Shown piece after piece: positions 31,740 to 46,690 of a DNA stretch of 64,000 bases (positions within the stretch are counted from its first letter, which is position 1; each line of letters begins with the position of its first letter). The translations under genes were made by a program, and so were the position numbers. Source of the stretch: the human T2T-CHM13v2.0 reference genome, Homo sapiens; assembly GCF_009914755.1 (NCBI RefSeq), contig NC_060931.1, one strand, 5' to 3'. The notes beneath the pieces were generated by a model. That model made no database searches and was not told the DNA's origin. It saw only the letters and a program-made list of their open reading frames with translations.

Positions 31740-32381
31740 TAAAGATAGTATCTCTTTTTAACATAACCACAATACCACTATCAATTTGAAAAAAGGTCAA
31801 TGTTTGAATTTCCCCCCTTGGTTTATATTTTATACTGTTGATTGTTTTGACCCAAATAAATTTATAGGTTATGGTTGGTTGATATTAGACCTTAGCAGTC
31901 ACCTAACAAAATCCCAGTCAAGTTAAACCAACCTGTTGCACTTGCTCAATGCACCCAAGCGACCCATGGAACAGAGCTGTAGAAAACGATACATAAAACT
32001 GCCCTCATTTTAAATGTGTGACAGTTGCAGAGGAAACTTCTTCTCTGCAGATTCATGTTTCCATGCAGAGGAAGCACTGCAGAGCAACACTATTGGCCTT
32101 TTTTCCCCCTACCCTCCATTACTCATTCGTCTGCTGTTCCATGAGGTGGCCCCACTGCAGACGGGGTGGAGGGCAGTGGTGGTATGGTGCTCAGTGCTGC
32201 TTGTGTCTAGGCGGTACATCTGCCTAATTTTGAGGCAAGAAGTTAACAAGACCTAGAGCTTCATTCTCCACCAGCTGTATCAGTTATGAAGCTAATATTT
32301 TGCTTTCTATCATTTGGGTTCCTGGGCTATTTCTCAATAAGTCTGAATCCGGACAGAAAGGAGGTAGCATTATTTATTAGG

Positions 32382-32495
32382 AGGGTGGCTATACTATACA
32401 CTTCATTGCCCAAACAGAGACACTTTTAAGAAAGAAAGGGAACACTCCAGGAAAATCAGGACTTGTCCCCTAGCAAACCAGGTTGTATTAGGCCT
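32382..32495. mobile_element. MER94-like hAT MITE
   Basis: AGGGTGGCTATA..CCAAACAGAGACACTTTTAAGAAAGAAAGGG..GGACTTGTCCC..GCAAACCAGG. Confidence 0.6.
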
Positions 32496-32573
32496 GGCTT
32501 ATGCCGGAGCTGAGATCTTGAAAAATAAACAAAGAATGGAATCTGAGGAAAAAGTAACACTTTGAGGTTGAGA

Positions 32574-33060
32574 TGAGGTAAGAGACAGGACTAGACTCTG
32601 GAGGTGGGGCTCAGACACTGGACCAAGCTGAGGATTAGCTAAAACAGACCCAGGGTGGAAGCACCTCCCCGTAAGATACACCTATCAGTATGTCATGTCA
32701 GTTTCCCATTGCCATGGCAACACCCAGAAGTTACTGCCCCTTTCCATGGTAAGGGCCCAGCAACCTGGAAGTTACCACCCTCATCCTAGAAATTGCATAA
32801 AATGTCTCTTAATTTGCATATAATTAAAAGGGGGTATAAATATGAGTGCAGAACTGCCTCTGAGCTGCTACTCTGGGCATCTACTGCTTATGAGGTAGCT
32901 CTGCTCCATAAGGAGCAGTACCTCTGTTGCTGCTATACACTGCCACTTCAAAAAAAGTTGCTGTTTACCACCACTGCTTAACCCTCAAATTCTTTCCTGG
33001 GTAAAGCCAAGAAACCTCACTTGCTAAGCCTCAAATTTGGGGCTTGCCTGTCCTTCATCA
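32574..33060 (+). mobile_element. Solo ERV1 LTR (MER66-like)
   Basis: TG...CA termini (TGAGGTAAGAG...CCTTCATCA), 487 bp, TATA box at about 32836, 4-bp TSD GAGA/GAGG. Confidence 0.8.
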
Positions 33061-33129
33061 GAGGCTCCTGGTGAAGTTTGATAGGATGGCTTAGACTTTA
33101 GAAGGCATAGCCACATGGAATTTCCTTTA

Positions 33130-33248
33130 CCATTATATTATAAAATAAAACAGACACAGAAAATAGCACATAACAAATATATAGCTTAGTGAATATTATA
33201 AAGCAAACACTCTTACAACCAACCATGACACAGCTCAATAACTTGCCA
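33130..33248 (-). mobile_element. L1ME 3' fragment; resumes at about 38310-38620 after the L1MA insertion
   Basis: ACAGAAAATAGCACATAACAAATATATAGCTTAGTGAATATTATAAAGCAAACAC, continuing TTGCCAACCATTCCAGAAGCC after 38310. Confidence 0.55.
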
Positions 33249-33697
33249 CACGAGAAGAATTTTGGAAATTATACAAACACGCAGAAATTAAACAATATAC
33301 TCCTGAATGAACAGTGGGTCAATGAAGAAATTAAGAAGAAAATTTAAAACTTCCTTGAAACAAATGACAATGGAGACACAAAATACCAAAGCCTATGGGA
33401 TACAGCAAAAGCAATATTAAGAGAGAAATTTACATCTATAAGTGCCTACATCAAAAAAGAAGAAAAACTTCAAATAAACAACCTAATGATGCACTTTAAG
33501 GAATTAGAAAAGCAAGTGCAAACCAAACCCACAGTTAATAGAAGAAAAGAAATAATAAAGATCAGAGCAGAAATACATGAAAATGAAATGAAAAAACAAT
33601 GTAGAAGATATTGACCGAAACCAATGAAAAGTTGGCTTTTTGAAAAAAAAAGAAAATTACAAACCTTTAGACATGCTAAGAAAAATAGAGAAGACTC

Positions 33698-35254
<1,557 letters not shown>

Positions 35255-38200
35255 AAAAAGAGGTAAAAAAGGAGAAATTATAATTGATACCACAAAAAAT
35301 CAAAGGATTATTCGTGGCTACTATGAGCAACTATATGACAGTAAATTGGAAAATCTAGAGTAAATGGATAAATTCATAGAGACATATCAACCTACCAAGA
35401 TTGAACCATGAAGAAATCCAAAACCTGAACAGACCAATAGCCAAGTAACAAGATCAAAGCCATAATAAAAAGTCTCCCGGTTAAAAAAAGAAAAAAAAAC
35501 CCAACCCAACCCTGGACCTAATAACTTCACTGCTGAATTCTGCCAAAAATTTAAAGAGGTAATATCAACCCTACTCAAATTATTTCAAAAAATAGAGGAG
35601 GGAATACTTCCAAACTCCTTCTGTGAGGCCAGTATTACCCTGATAACAAAACCAGGCAAAGACAACATCAAAGAAAGAAAACCACCGGCCAGTATATCTG
35701 ATGAATATTGATGTAAAAATCCTCAACAAAATACTAGCAAACTTAATTCAACATTGCATTAAATAGAGCATTCATCATGACCAAGTGGGATTTCTCCCCA
35801 GGAATGCAGTAATGGTTCAACATATACAAACCAATCAATATGGTACATCATATCAACAGAATGAAGAATGACAACTTTATAATCATTTCAATTGATGCTG
35901 AAAAGGCATATGATAAAATCTAACATCCCTTTAAGAATAAAAAAAACCTGCAAAAAAACTGTGTATAGAAGGAACATATCTCAAAATAATAAAAGCCATG
36001 TATGACAGACCCACAGCTAGTATCATACTGAATGGGGAAAAAACTGAAAGCCTTTCCTCCAAGATCTGGAACACAAGAATGCCCACTGTAACCACTGTTA
36101 TTCAACATAGTACTGGAAGTCCTAGCTAGAGCAATAAGACAAGAAAAAGAAATAGCAGGCATCCAAATTGGAAAGGAAGAAGTCAAATTATCCTTGTTTG
36201 CAGATGATATGATCTTATATTTGAAAAAACCTAAAGACTCAACCAAAAAAAATGGTTAGAACTGATCAATAAAATCAGTAAATGTGCAGGATACAAAATC
36301 AACATACAAAAATCAGTTGCATTTCTATAGGCCAACAGTGAACAACATGAAAAAGAAATCAAAAACAATAGCCACAAATAAAAATGCAATACCTAGGAAT
36401 TAAACAAAGGAATGAAAGATCTCTATAATGAAAACTATAAAATACTGATGAAAGAAATTGAAGAGGACACCAAAAAAAGAAAGCTATTCCATGGTCATAG
36501 GTTGGAAGAATCAATATTGTTAAAATGTCCTTATTGCCCAAAGCAATCTACAGATTCAATAAAATCCCTATTTAAATGCCAAGGACATTCTTCACAGAGA
36601 TAGAAAAAAACAATTGTAAAATTTACATGGAACCAAAAAGACCCAGAATAGCCAAAGCCATCCTGAGGAAAAAAAAAAAAACTGGAGAAATCACACTATT
36701 GGATTCAAATTATACTACAGAGATATAGGAAGCAAAACAGGTATAGGAAGCATGGTGCTGGCATAAAAACAGACACATAGACCAATGGAATAGAATAGAT
36801 AACCTAAAAACAAATGCATATGTCTATGATGAACTCATTTTTAACAAAGGAGCCAAGAACATAACTGGGGGAAAAGACAATCTCTTCAATAAATCATGCT
36901 GGGAAAACTGGATATCCATATTGAGAAGAATGAAAGTAGACCCCTATCTCTCACCATATACAAAAATCAAACAAAAGGGATTAAAGACTTACATCTAAGT
37001 TCTCAACCTATGAAACTACTACAATAAAACATTGGAGAAAATCTCAAGGACATTGGAATGGACAAAGATTTCTTGAGTAATACCCCACAAGCACAGACAA
37101 CCAAAGCAAAAATGGACAAATGGGATCACATCAAGTTAAAAATCTCCTGCACTGCAAAGAAAACAATCAACAAAGTGAAGAGACAACCCACAGAATGGGA
37201 GAAAATATTTGCATACTACCCATCTGACAAGGGATTAATAACAAGAATATATAAGGAGCTCAAACAACTCTGCAGGGAAAAAAGTCTGATAATCCAATTT
37301 AAAAATACACAAAAGATTTAAATAGATATTCCTCAAAAGAAGACATACAAATGGCAAACAGGCATATGAAAAGGTGCTCAACATTATCAATCATCGGAGA
37401 AATGTAAATCAAAACTACATATCATCTCACCCCAGTTAAGACGGCTTTTATCCAAAATACAGACAATAAAAATACTAGAGAAGATGTAGAGAAAGGGAAC
37501 CCTCATACACTGTTGGTAGGAATGTAAATTAGCATAACCACTATGGAAAACAGTTCTTTTTTTAGCTTTTTGTTCCTCAAAAAACTAAAAATAGAGCTAC
37601 CATGTGATCCAGCAATCCCATAGCTGGGTAGATAATCAAAAGAAAGGCAATCAGTATATTGAAGGGATATCTGCACCCCCATGTTTGTTGCAGCACTGTT
37701 CACAATAGCCAAGATTTGGATGCAACCTAAGTGTCCATCAACAGATGAATGGATAAAGAAAATGTAGTACATAAACACAATGGAGTACAATTCAGCCATA
37801 AGAAAAAATGAGATCCTGTCATTTGCAACAACATGGATGGAGCTAGAGGCCATTAAGGTAAGTGAAATAAGCCAGCCCCAGAAAGACAAACATTGCATGT
37901 TCTCACTTATTTGTTGGATCTAAAAATCAAAACAATTGAATTCATGGAGATAGAGAGTGGAAGGATGGTTACCAGAGGCTGAGGAGGGTAGTAGTGGAGT
38001 GGGGTAGAAATGTGGGAATGGCTAATGGGTACCAAAAAAAAAAAAAATAGAATGAAAGAGACCCAGTATTTGATAGCATAACAGGGGGGTTATATTTAAT
38101 AATAATTAAATTGTACATTTTAAAATAATAAAAAGGGTATAATTGGATGGTTTGTAACACAAAGGATAAGTGCTAGAAGGAATGGATACCTCGTTTTCCA

Positions 38201-38629
38201 TGATGTGATTATTACACATTGCATACCTGTGTCAAAATGTCTCATGTACTCTACAAATGTATACACCTACTATGTACCCACAAAAATTAAACGTAAAATA
38301 TTTTAAAAAGAAATTGCCCTTTGCCAACCATTCCAGAAGCCTTCACATGTTCTAATCCCAATCACAGCTTCCTCCCTCCCTCCAGAAGTAACCTCCATGT
38401 TATAATAATCACTGTCTTTTGTTTCTTTTTGTTTGTTTTATTGCCCATGCATGCATGTATCTTTGGACTCAATAGTTTAGTCTTGCCCATTTTGAATATT
38501 TTATTTGTTCTTTTAAGTCTCTTTTAATCTACAGATTTTCCCTTCCATCTTTTTCTTTTTCTTACATTTTATCTATTTGAGGTCATATATCATTTGACTT
38601 GGTTTCCCACAGTCTGGATATCACTGTCT

Positions 38630-38765
38630 CTATCACAAGAATAGAATGCAGGAAATCATACCCATGATTCAATTATCTCCACCTGGTCCCTCCCATGACA
38701 TGTGGGGATTATAGGAACTACAATTCAAGATGAGATTTGGATGGGGACACAGCCAAACCATGCCA
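38630..38765 (-). mobile_element. THE1/MST MaLR LTR terminal fragment
   Basis: CCCATGATTCAATTATCTCCACCTGGTCCC..GATGAGATTTGGATGGGGACACAGCCAAACCAT. Confidence 0.85.
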
Positions 38766-41080
38766 ATGCCCCATGTAAAAGGCACAGAGTGGCAAGCTGG
38801 ATAAAAAACAAGACCCGATGGTATACTTTTCAAGAGACCCATCTCACAGGCAGTGACATCCATAGGTTCAAAATGAAGGGATGGAAGAAAATCTACCAAG
38901 CAAATGGAAATCAGAATAAAGAAGGGGTTACAATCCTGATTTCAGACAAAACAGACTTTTAACTGACAAAAATCAAAAAAAGACAAAGAAAGGCATTCAT
39001 TACATAATGGTAAAGGTTTCAATTCCAAAAGAAGACCTAACTATCCTAAATATATACACACCCAACACAAGAGCTGACCCAGATTCCTAAAGCAAGTTCT
39101 TAGAGACCTAGAAAAAGACATACTCTCCCACACAATAATAATGGGAGACTTTAACACTCCACTGACATATTAGATCATTGAGGCAGAAAATTAACGAAGA
39201 TATCCAGGACCTGAACTCAGTGAACCAAGTGGATCTGATAGACCTCTACAGACCTCTCCACCCACCAAAAACAGCCAAGCCGAGAGCCAAATCAGGAATT
39301 TGGACCCATTCATAAGTACCACAAAAAAGAATAAAATGCCTAGGAAGACAACTGACCAGGGAGCAGAAAGATCTCTGCAATGAGAATTACAAAACACTAC
39401 TCAAAGAAATCAAAGATGACACAAACAAATAGAAAAACATTTCATGCTCATGGAGAGGAAGAATCAATATTAAAATGGCCATACTGCTCAAAGCAATTTA
39501 CAGGTTTCTATCAAACTACCAATGATATTCTTCACAGAACTAGAAAAAAACTATTTTAAAATTCATATAGAACCAAAAAATAAATAAATAAAAGACCTTG
39601 AAGAGCCAAGGCAATTTTAAGCAAACAGAACAAAGCTGGAGACATCACACTACCAAACTTCAAATTATACTACAGGGCTACAGTAACCAAAAAAGCATGG
39701 TACTGCTATAAAAACATACACATAAACCAATGGAACAGAATACAGAGCCCAGAAATAAGGCCGCACACCTACGATCATGTGACGGTCAACAAAGCTGACA
39801 AAAACAAGCAATGAGGAGAGGAATCCCTAGTCGATAAATGGTACTGGGATAACTGGCTAGCCTTATGCAGAAGATTGAAACTGGACCCCTTCCTTATACC
39901 ACATACAAAAATCAACTCAAGATGCATTAAAGTTTTACATGTAAAACCCTAAACTGTAAAAACCCTGGAAGATAACCTAGGTATAATACCATTCTGGACA
40001 TAGGAACTGGCAAAGATTTTATGCCAAAGACAGTAAAAGCAATTGCAGCAAAAGCAAAAATTGACAAATGAGATCTAACTAAACTAAAGAGTTTCTGCAC
40101 AGCAAAGGAAACTATCAGAGTAAACAGACAGCCTACAGAATGGGAGAAAAATATTTGCAAACTATGCATCTGACATAGGTCTAATATCCAGAATCTATAA
40201 GGAACTTAAATTTACAAAAAAATAATTAAAAAGTGGGCAAAGGACATGAACAGACACTTTTCTAAAGAAGACATACATGTGGCCAAAAAGCATATGAATA
40301 AAAGCTCATAATACTGACCATTAGAGAAATGTAAATCAAAACCACAGTGAGATACAATCTCATACCAGTCAGAATAGCTGTTATTAAAAAGTCAAAAGAT
40401 AGATGCTGGTGAGGTTATGGAGAAAAGAGAATGCTTATATATTGTTGGTGGGAGTGTAAATTAGTTCACCCATTGTGGAAGGCAGTGTGGTGATTCCTCA
40501 AAGAGTTAAAAACAGAACTTCCATTCAACCCAGCAATCTCATTATTGGATATAAACCCAAAGGAATATAAATCATTCTACCATAAAGATACATGCACACA
40601 TATGTTCATTGCAGCACTATTCACAATAGCAAAGATATGAAATCAACCTAAATGCCCATCAATGGTGGGCTGCATAAAGAAAATGTGGCACATATACACC
40701 ATGGAATACTATGCAGCCATGAAAAAGAACAAGATCATATCCTTTGCAGGGACATGAATGGAGCTGGAGGGCATCATCCTTAACAAACTAACACAGGAAC
40801 AGAAAACCAAATATCTCAAGTTCTCACTTATAAGTGGGGGCTAAACAATGAGAAAACATGGATACTAGGAAGGGAACCACAGACACTGGGGCCTACTTGA
40901 GGGTTGAGAGTGGGAAGAGGGAGAGGATCAGAAAAAATAACTAATGAGTACTAGGATTAGTACCTGGGTGATGAAATAATCTGCACAACAAACCCTTGTG
41001 ACATGAGTTTTCTATATAACAAACTTGTATATGTACCCCTGAACCTAAAATAAAATTTTAAAATAAATTAAAAATTTAAA
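38766..41080 (+). mobile_element. L1PA (about L1PA11-13) ORF2/3' part with large internal deletion
   Basis: EN domain (FQETHL..GVTILISDKTDF) joined at about 39262 to late ORF2 (CAGCCAAGCCGAGAGCCAAATC). 3'UTR GAGAGGATCAGAAAAAATAACTAATG. Confidence 0.88.
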
Positions 41081-41082
41081 AA

Positions 41083-41835
41083 TAACAATGAGATATCACC
41101 TTATACCTACTAGGATGGCTACAATAATAATAAAAAGAAAATGACAAGTGTTGACAATATTGTGTAGAAATTGGAATGCTCATGCTTATGCATTGCTGGT
41201 GGGACTATAAAACAGGGCAGTGTTGTGGAAAACAGTATGGCAGTTTCTCAAAAGGTTAAATACAGAATTGCCATATGATTCAGCAATTCCACTTATGGGT
41301 GTATACACAAAAGAACTGAAAGCAGAGTCTCAAGGAAATGGTTGCACACAATGTTCATAGCAGCATGATTCACAAGAGCTAAAATGTGGAAACAACCCAA
41401 GAGTCTATCAACAGATAAATAGAAAAACAAAATGTGTCCATACGTATGATGCAATATTATTCAGAAATAAAAAGAAATAAAATTCTGACACATGCTACAA
41501 CAAAGATGGACCTTGAACACATTACAGATTGTGAAGTGAGCCAGACACAGAAGGGCAAATATTGTGTGGTTCTACTTTTATGAAGTCCCTAGAATAGGCA
41601 AATTCAGAGACAGAAAGTAGAATGGTGGTTGTCAGAGGCTGGAGGAGGAGGGGAGAAAGGGAGTTATTGTTTAATGGATACAGAATTTTCTTTGGGAATG
41701 ATGAAAGTTTTAAGCATGGAAAGTGGTGATGACTACACTGTGAATGTATTTCATGTCATTGAATTGCATACTTACCAATGGTTAAAATAAATATTATGTT
41801 TTGTTTTGTATATCTTATCACAATTTTGAAAAGCA
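41083..41835 (+). mobile_element. L1MB 3' fragment
   Basis: ACAATGAGATATCACC..AGACAGAAAGTAGAATGGTGGTTGTCAGAGGCTGG..GAGTTATTGTTTAATGG. Confidence 0.8.
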
Positions 41836-42377
41836 CATTAGAAAAAATAATAACAGGTTCCTTACAAGCTCTCAACTCTATCCTGTATTCTGAGAGGCTT
41901 TTAGAAAAATTCAATGATACCCCCTAACTTTTACTTTTTTAGGAGAAGAGAATAGTAGGAGGACAGAAGGAGAAGTTTCTTTCCAGAACACTGCAAATCC
42001 AGGACCTATTGATTCCATAATTCTATAGCCATGTAGATGGACAGGAAGACCAAGAATAATGGATTCTTTTTAAGCTTTTGCTTCCTCTTGTGGGGGAAGC
42101 TAAAAAGGCAACCCTCCATGTGATGGGGCTTTTATAGAGTAGGAGTAGGATACTCTTTGATAGAGTCAGAGTATGGAGTATGAGTGGAGAGGATGCAGAC
42201 AAAGTGGGGACTTTACCCTACTCTAGGGCTTCACATTTATGGGAACCGAAGAGCAGAAGCTCTTTCCTCCTGTTACAAGAAAAAAGATAAATAATAATGT
42301 TAAAAGTAGATGCCATCAGTGTTTTCAAGATGGACTATAGCCATATGTCAATTACTTAAATAAAGCAAGAGACCAGG

Positions 42378-42807
42378 TGTATCTAGAGAAACAGAACTAA
42401 TAGGATAGATATTTATATAAAGGGGAGTTTATTAAGTGGTATTAACTCACACGTCATATAGTCCCTCAAAAGGCTGTCTGCAAGCTGAGGAGCAAGGAAG
42501 CCAGTCCAAGTCCCAAAGCCAAAGAACCTGGAGTCTGGTGCTTGAGGGCAGGAAGTATCCAGCACAGGAAAAAAACGTAGTCTGGGAGGCTAAGCCAGTC
42601 TAGTCTTTTCATGTTTTTCTGCCTGCTTTATATTCTGTGCATGCTGGCAGCTAACTAGATGGTGCCCACCCAGATTAAGGGTGAGTCTGCCTTTCCCAGC
42701 CCACTGACTCAAACGTTAATCTCTTTCGGCAACACCTTCACAGACACCCCCAGGATCAATACTTTGCATCCTTCAATCCAATGAAGTTGATAGTATTAAC
42801 CATCGTA
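42378..42807 (-). mobile_element. Solo MLT2A (HERV-L) LTR
   Basis: CAGAACTAATAGGATAGAT..AAGGGGAGTTTATTAAG..CTTCAATCCAATGAAGTTGA..GTATTAACCATC. 5-bp TSD CCAGG/CCATG. Confidence 0.88.
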
Positions 42808-43479
42808 CCATGTAAGCATTCAGCATTTTTTTAATGAAGTGCCTTGTTATGGATATTTTACTGCTCTGTGAAAAGCTGTGTGATTATTGGCCTTCTTGTC
42901 AGAAAACAGAATATACCCTAGTATATGGTAGTCATTCAGTGCATTAAACATAATAATTTTCTGTGTTAAAGATAGTTTTTAGGAAACTTCTGCTTCTGGG
43001 AATATCTAGTAGACATACTTTTCCCCGTTTCTCCAATGAGTACTATGAAATGCCGAGACTTTACTTATAAAACAAACACAAGAAGACTCTGAAAAGTGAA
43101 GAGACAAAATGTGCTTCTTCAGATCATGTTTAACTGACACTCTGTTTCAAGATTCTCTTTGCAGTACCTTGTTCTGTATGTATTCGTTTAATGTTTCACT
43201 TTGCCCAAATAATGCATTTGGGAAATGTCTCTGTCAGATAGCTCAGTGAAGAGCATTTCACCACAGGACAACCTCACCGCTTTTTACTTCTCTCCCTGAT
43301 GGACCTGAACTAAGGAAAAACAAAACTTTAGAAGCACTCAAATGGTTGTAGAGTCACAGCTGTGTATAGGTATGAATCTCATTATGTGGCCTGATCTCTG
43401 GTTCATTCTAGGCCAATAAGTCCCAGAGTAGAAGTCCAAAGAAGTTTCAAAGAAGTCTCAATGAATTCTCCTTTCAGTT

Positions 43480-43690
43480 CTTAACAATAACTAACTTTTA
43501 TTGAGCATCAACTGTGTGCCAAGCATTCTTCTAAGTGCTTTAAATGGATTAACACATTTAATTCTCACTCCATGAATTAGATTCACTCCTTTTTATTTGG
43601 GAAACTGAGGCACAGAATGGTTGTATAACTTGCTCAAAGTCATACAGAAAGTAGAAGAAGCAGGATCTAGACCTCAGGAAACCAACCTCT
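43480..43690 (-). mobile_element. MIR
   Basis: TTATTGAGCATCAACTGTGTGCCAAGCA..GGAAACTGAGGCACAGA..AACTTGCTCAAAGTCATACAG. Confidence 0.8.
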
Positions 43691-43725
43691 GGACTTCTCC
43701 AGCTTTGGAGGCTAAATGCTTAAAA

Positions 43726-44210
<485 letters not shown>

Positions 44211-45339
44211 CCTAAACAGAGCATGCCTCAGCTCCTACAGGAAAAACTCACAGATTTCTGAGAGAACCAGATCAAGCATAGGTCCCTCTTGATGGCCCAG
44301 TGGGTCCCTCACTATCCCAATATGTAAAAATGGAAACCAGAGTGAGCAGATGCGTCTAGCAGCTCCCGAGTGAGGATCCTGGAGACTGGCGCTGTGTGGA
44401 GGTTGTACACAACAGTGTTTCTTTTTTATTCTCTTTCTTTAGAGCTTTAGTCCAAAGCTTAGTGGCAGCATTGTCTTCCCACTCAATGAACCATCCATTT
44501 AACAGTCAATGCACTTCATTAGAAAAGTCCTGATATTTTGCCTGCTTGTTTAACTGAAGTTTCTACTATACTTCTGCCCAAAATTCCAGACCACAATTGT
44601 CTTTTGAAAACAAAATAACCAATTAACTGAATGAATAAAAGAATGAATGGACAAATAAATAAACTTGAAATGTACAGATCATGCATCAAAATTGCTCACA
44701 ATTTCCCATTTATTTTAACAAATATCTCAAGGTACTCTCATTTACAAGCAGCATTACTCATGTTAAGATACAAGATATCACGGTTTATATTACCTAGGTA
44801 GCATTTGTCCCTTGAGCAATGTAACTGTGGGTGCCCTTTATGACGTAATGATTCAAAGCTGACCATTCTTCATGATAAAAATTGACAAGATTCAGAAGTG
44901 AGTAGTGGGGGAAGCATTATAAATGTTGGACTAAAGAAATTAAATGTGTGTCTACTGTGTAACGAGTATTACTGAAGTAAATCTAGCCATTAATATCGAA
45001 ACATCAGTGACCCAATTAAAAAAAAACTAAAAAGAAGTGTGACTAGCTTTCTTTGGGTGAGGTTTATAGATAATTACATAAACCTGTTTGATGGGAACAT
45101 GTGTTTGCCATAAACAGAGGCTTAAATTAGCATTTAAAGAATTAAGAGTTGGTCAGAGGGTCTAAGAGGATGGATAGGGAATAGCATTTAATAGAATGGG
45201 GCTAGCATGAATTTTGTGAATCAAGTAGAACTGGGGGAACTAGTTTTTTCCCAAAGAAATGGTAAAATACTTCTATGCACTGGAATCCAGTACCAGATTA
45301 GGCCATTTGGACCATCCAAGGTCATAGATATAATAAAAA

Positions 45340-45575
45340 TATCATGGACTGTGGAGTCAGAAGGTCCTAGATCAGAAGGTCCTAGATTCAGATCCTACTT
45401 ACCAGCTATGTTCACTTAATCCAATTACATAGTTTCTCAGAGTCTCCTTCTACTCACCTAAAAAATGGGGATACTAACACATATTCTACAAAACTATTGG
45501 GGGTAATAAATGAGATAACAAATACTAAGCACCTAGCACAGAGCTCAACTCATATTAGGCACTCGATACATGAGA
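45340..45575 (+). mobile_element. MIR
   Basis: GGACTGTGGAGTCAGA..CTTACCAGCTATG..AAAATGGGGATACTAAC..AAGCACCTAGCACAGAGC. Confidence 0.75.
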
Positions 45576-46671
45576 GTTCTCTTCTCTCTCCACCGTGCAA
45601 GTAGCTACATTACCAGAATAAAAATAAAGCCTAAATGATGGCATCTCTCACTCTCACATAAAGGACTGCATTGACATAAACCCAGATGCTAGCAATATGT
45701 GGAAGCTGGACTTGCAAGGATTCATTATATATTTGTCATTCTTTTTTTTTAAGTAGAATAGAAGGTTAATGTTGACCTCCTAGCTAGTCTTTTAAAAAAC
45801 ATACCTTTAAAGTCATATGATTAGTGCTCTGTTTCCCTAGATTAATAGAAATCAAAATTGTAGAAAGAATAGTTAAAATATTACAGGCTTTCTTCTGTTC
45901 CTTTCTTGTTTTTAAATTTTTATCTTCTTAAAAAACTGTTATGTACGTACAGCAATCCTTAGATGCAGCACAGCAGGGCTTTTGTAGTTCTCTGAATTAT
46001 AGGTAATAATGAAACTCTGAAACTTCACTTTCCTCCCAGGCTGGTGTGGAGCTGACATGGCCAGGGGAGGTAGCTTAGCTGTGTGAGTCGGTGGTAAGGT
46101 AGGAGGTGATGAATAAAGCAGAAAAAACAAACATGAAGAGAGCAGGGCTGGGCTTTTCACAAACCCAGGCTGCAGGCTGAGCAGTGCTGAGCTTGGGTGC
46201 TTTTGCAGAGGTTTTGTAGAAAGGTGATTATATCGCATCATCCTCCCCTTTGAAAAAGAAACATCTGACAATGTGGTTTCTAATAGGTAAGAAGGAGATC
46301 AAAGGTTGCAAGTAGGCTGCTGTCTGCCCTATCCTGTTTGCACTTTTAATGCGTCCCTTAGTGAGCCTCCGAGGCTGTAACAAGCCCCGTCTGTCTCTGT
46401 TGATGGCTGTTCCTCCATGAATCTCACACAGCTCATACCTGTGTCCAGAAAAAGCCTGCATCCTACGGCATGTTTCTCCTACAGGGCTGCTTCCCAGAAG
46501 CTAATGGTCACGTCCCAAGGCTTGATAGGCTTATACAGAACTTCAGCTGAGACAGGACCACTGTGGTGGTTCTTCACTCTTGGTCCAAATCTGTCCACTC
46601 TGAACATATTTGTGAGACTTAGCACAACGGACGCCCCTCCTGCCATCCCACCGGCCAATGGCACTTTACCT

Positions 46672-46690
46672 TTGTCCCTAGATGGCGTCT
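46672..46690 (+). promoter_or_regulatory. Candidate CTCF binding site
   Basis: TTGTCCCTAGATGGCGTCT matches the CTCF core (CC.CYAGRKGGCR). Nearby CCAAT (46655) and CGCCCCTCC (46632) in non-repeat sequence. Confidence 0.6.

Noticed and set aside
45357-45392. 15-bp tandem duplication TCAGAAGGTCCTAGA in MIR (similar short duplications at about 18-42 and 36725-36752)
   Set aside because: Ordinary slippage duplications inside decayed repeats.
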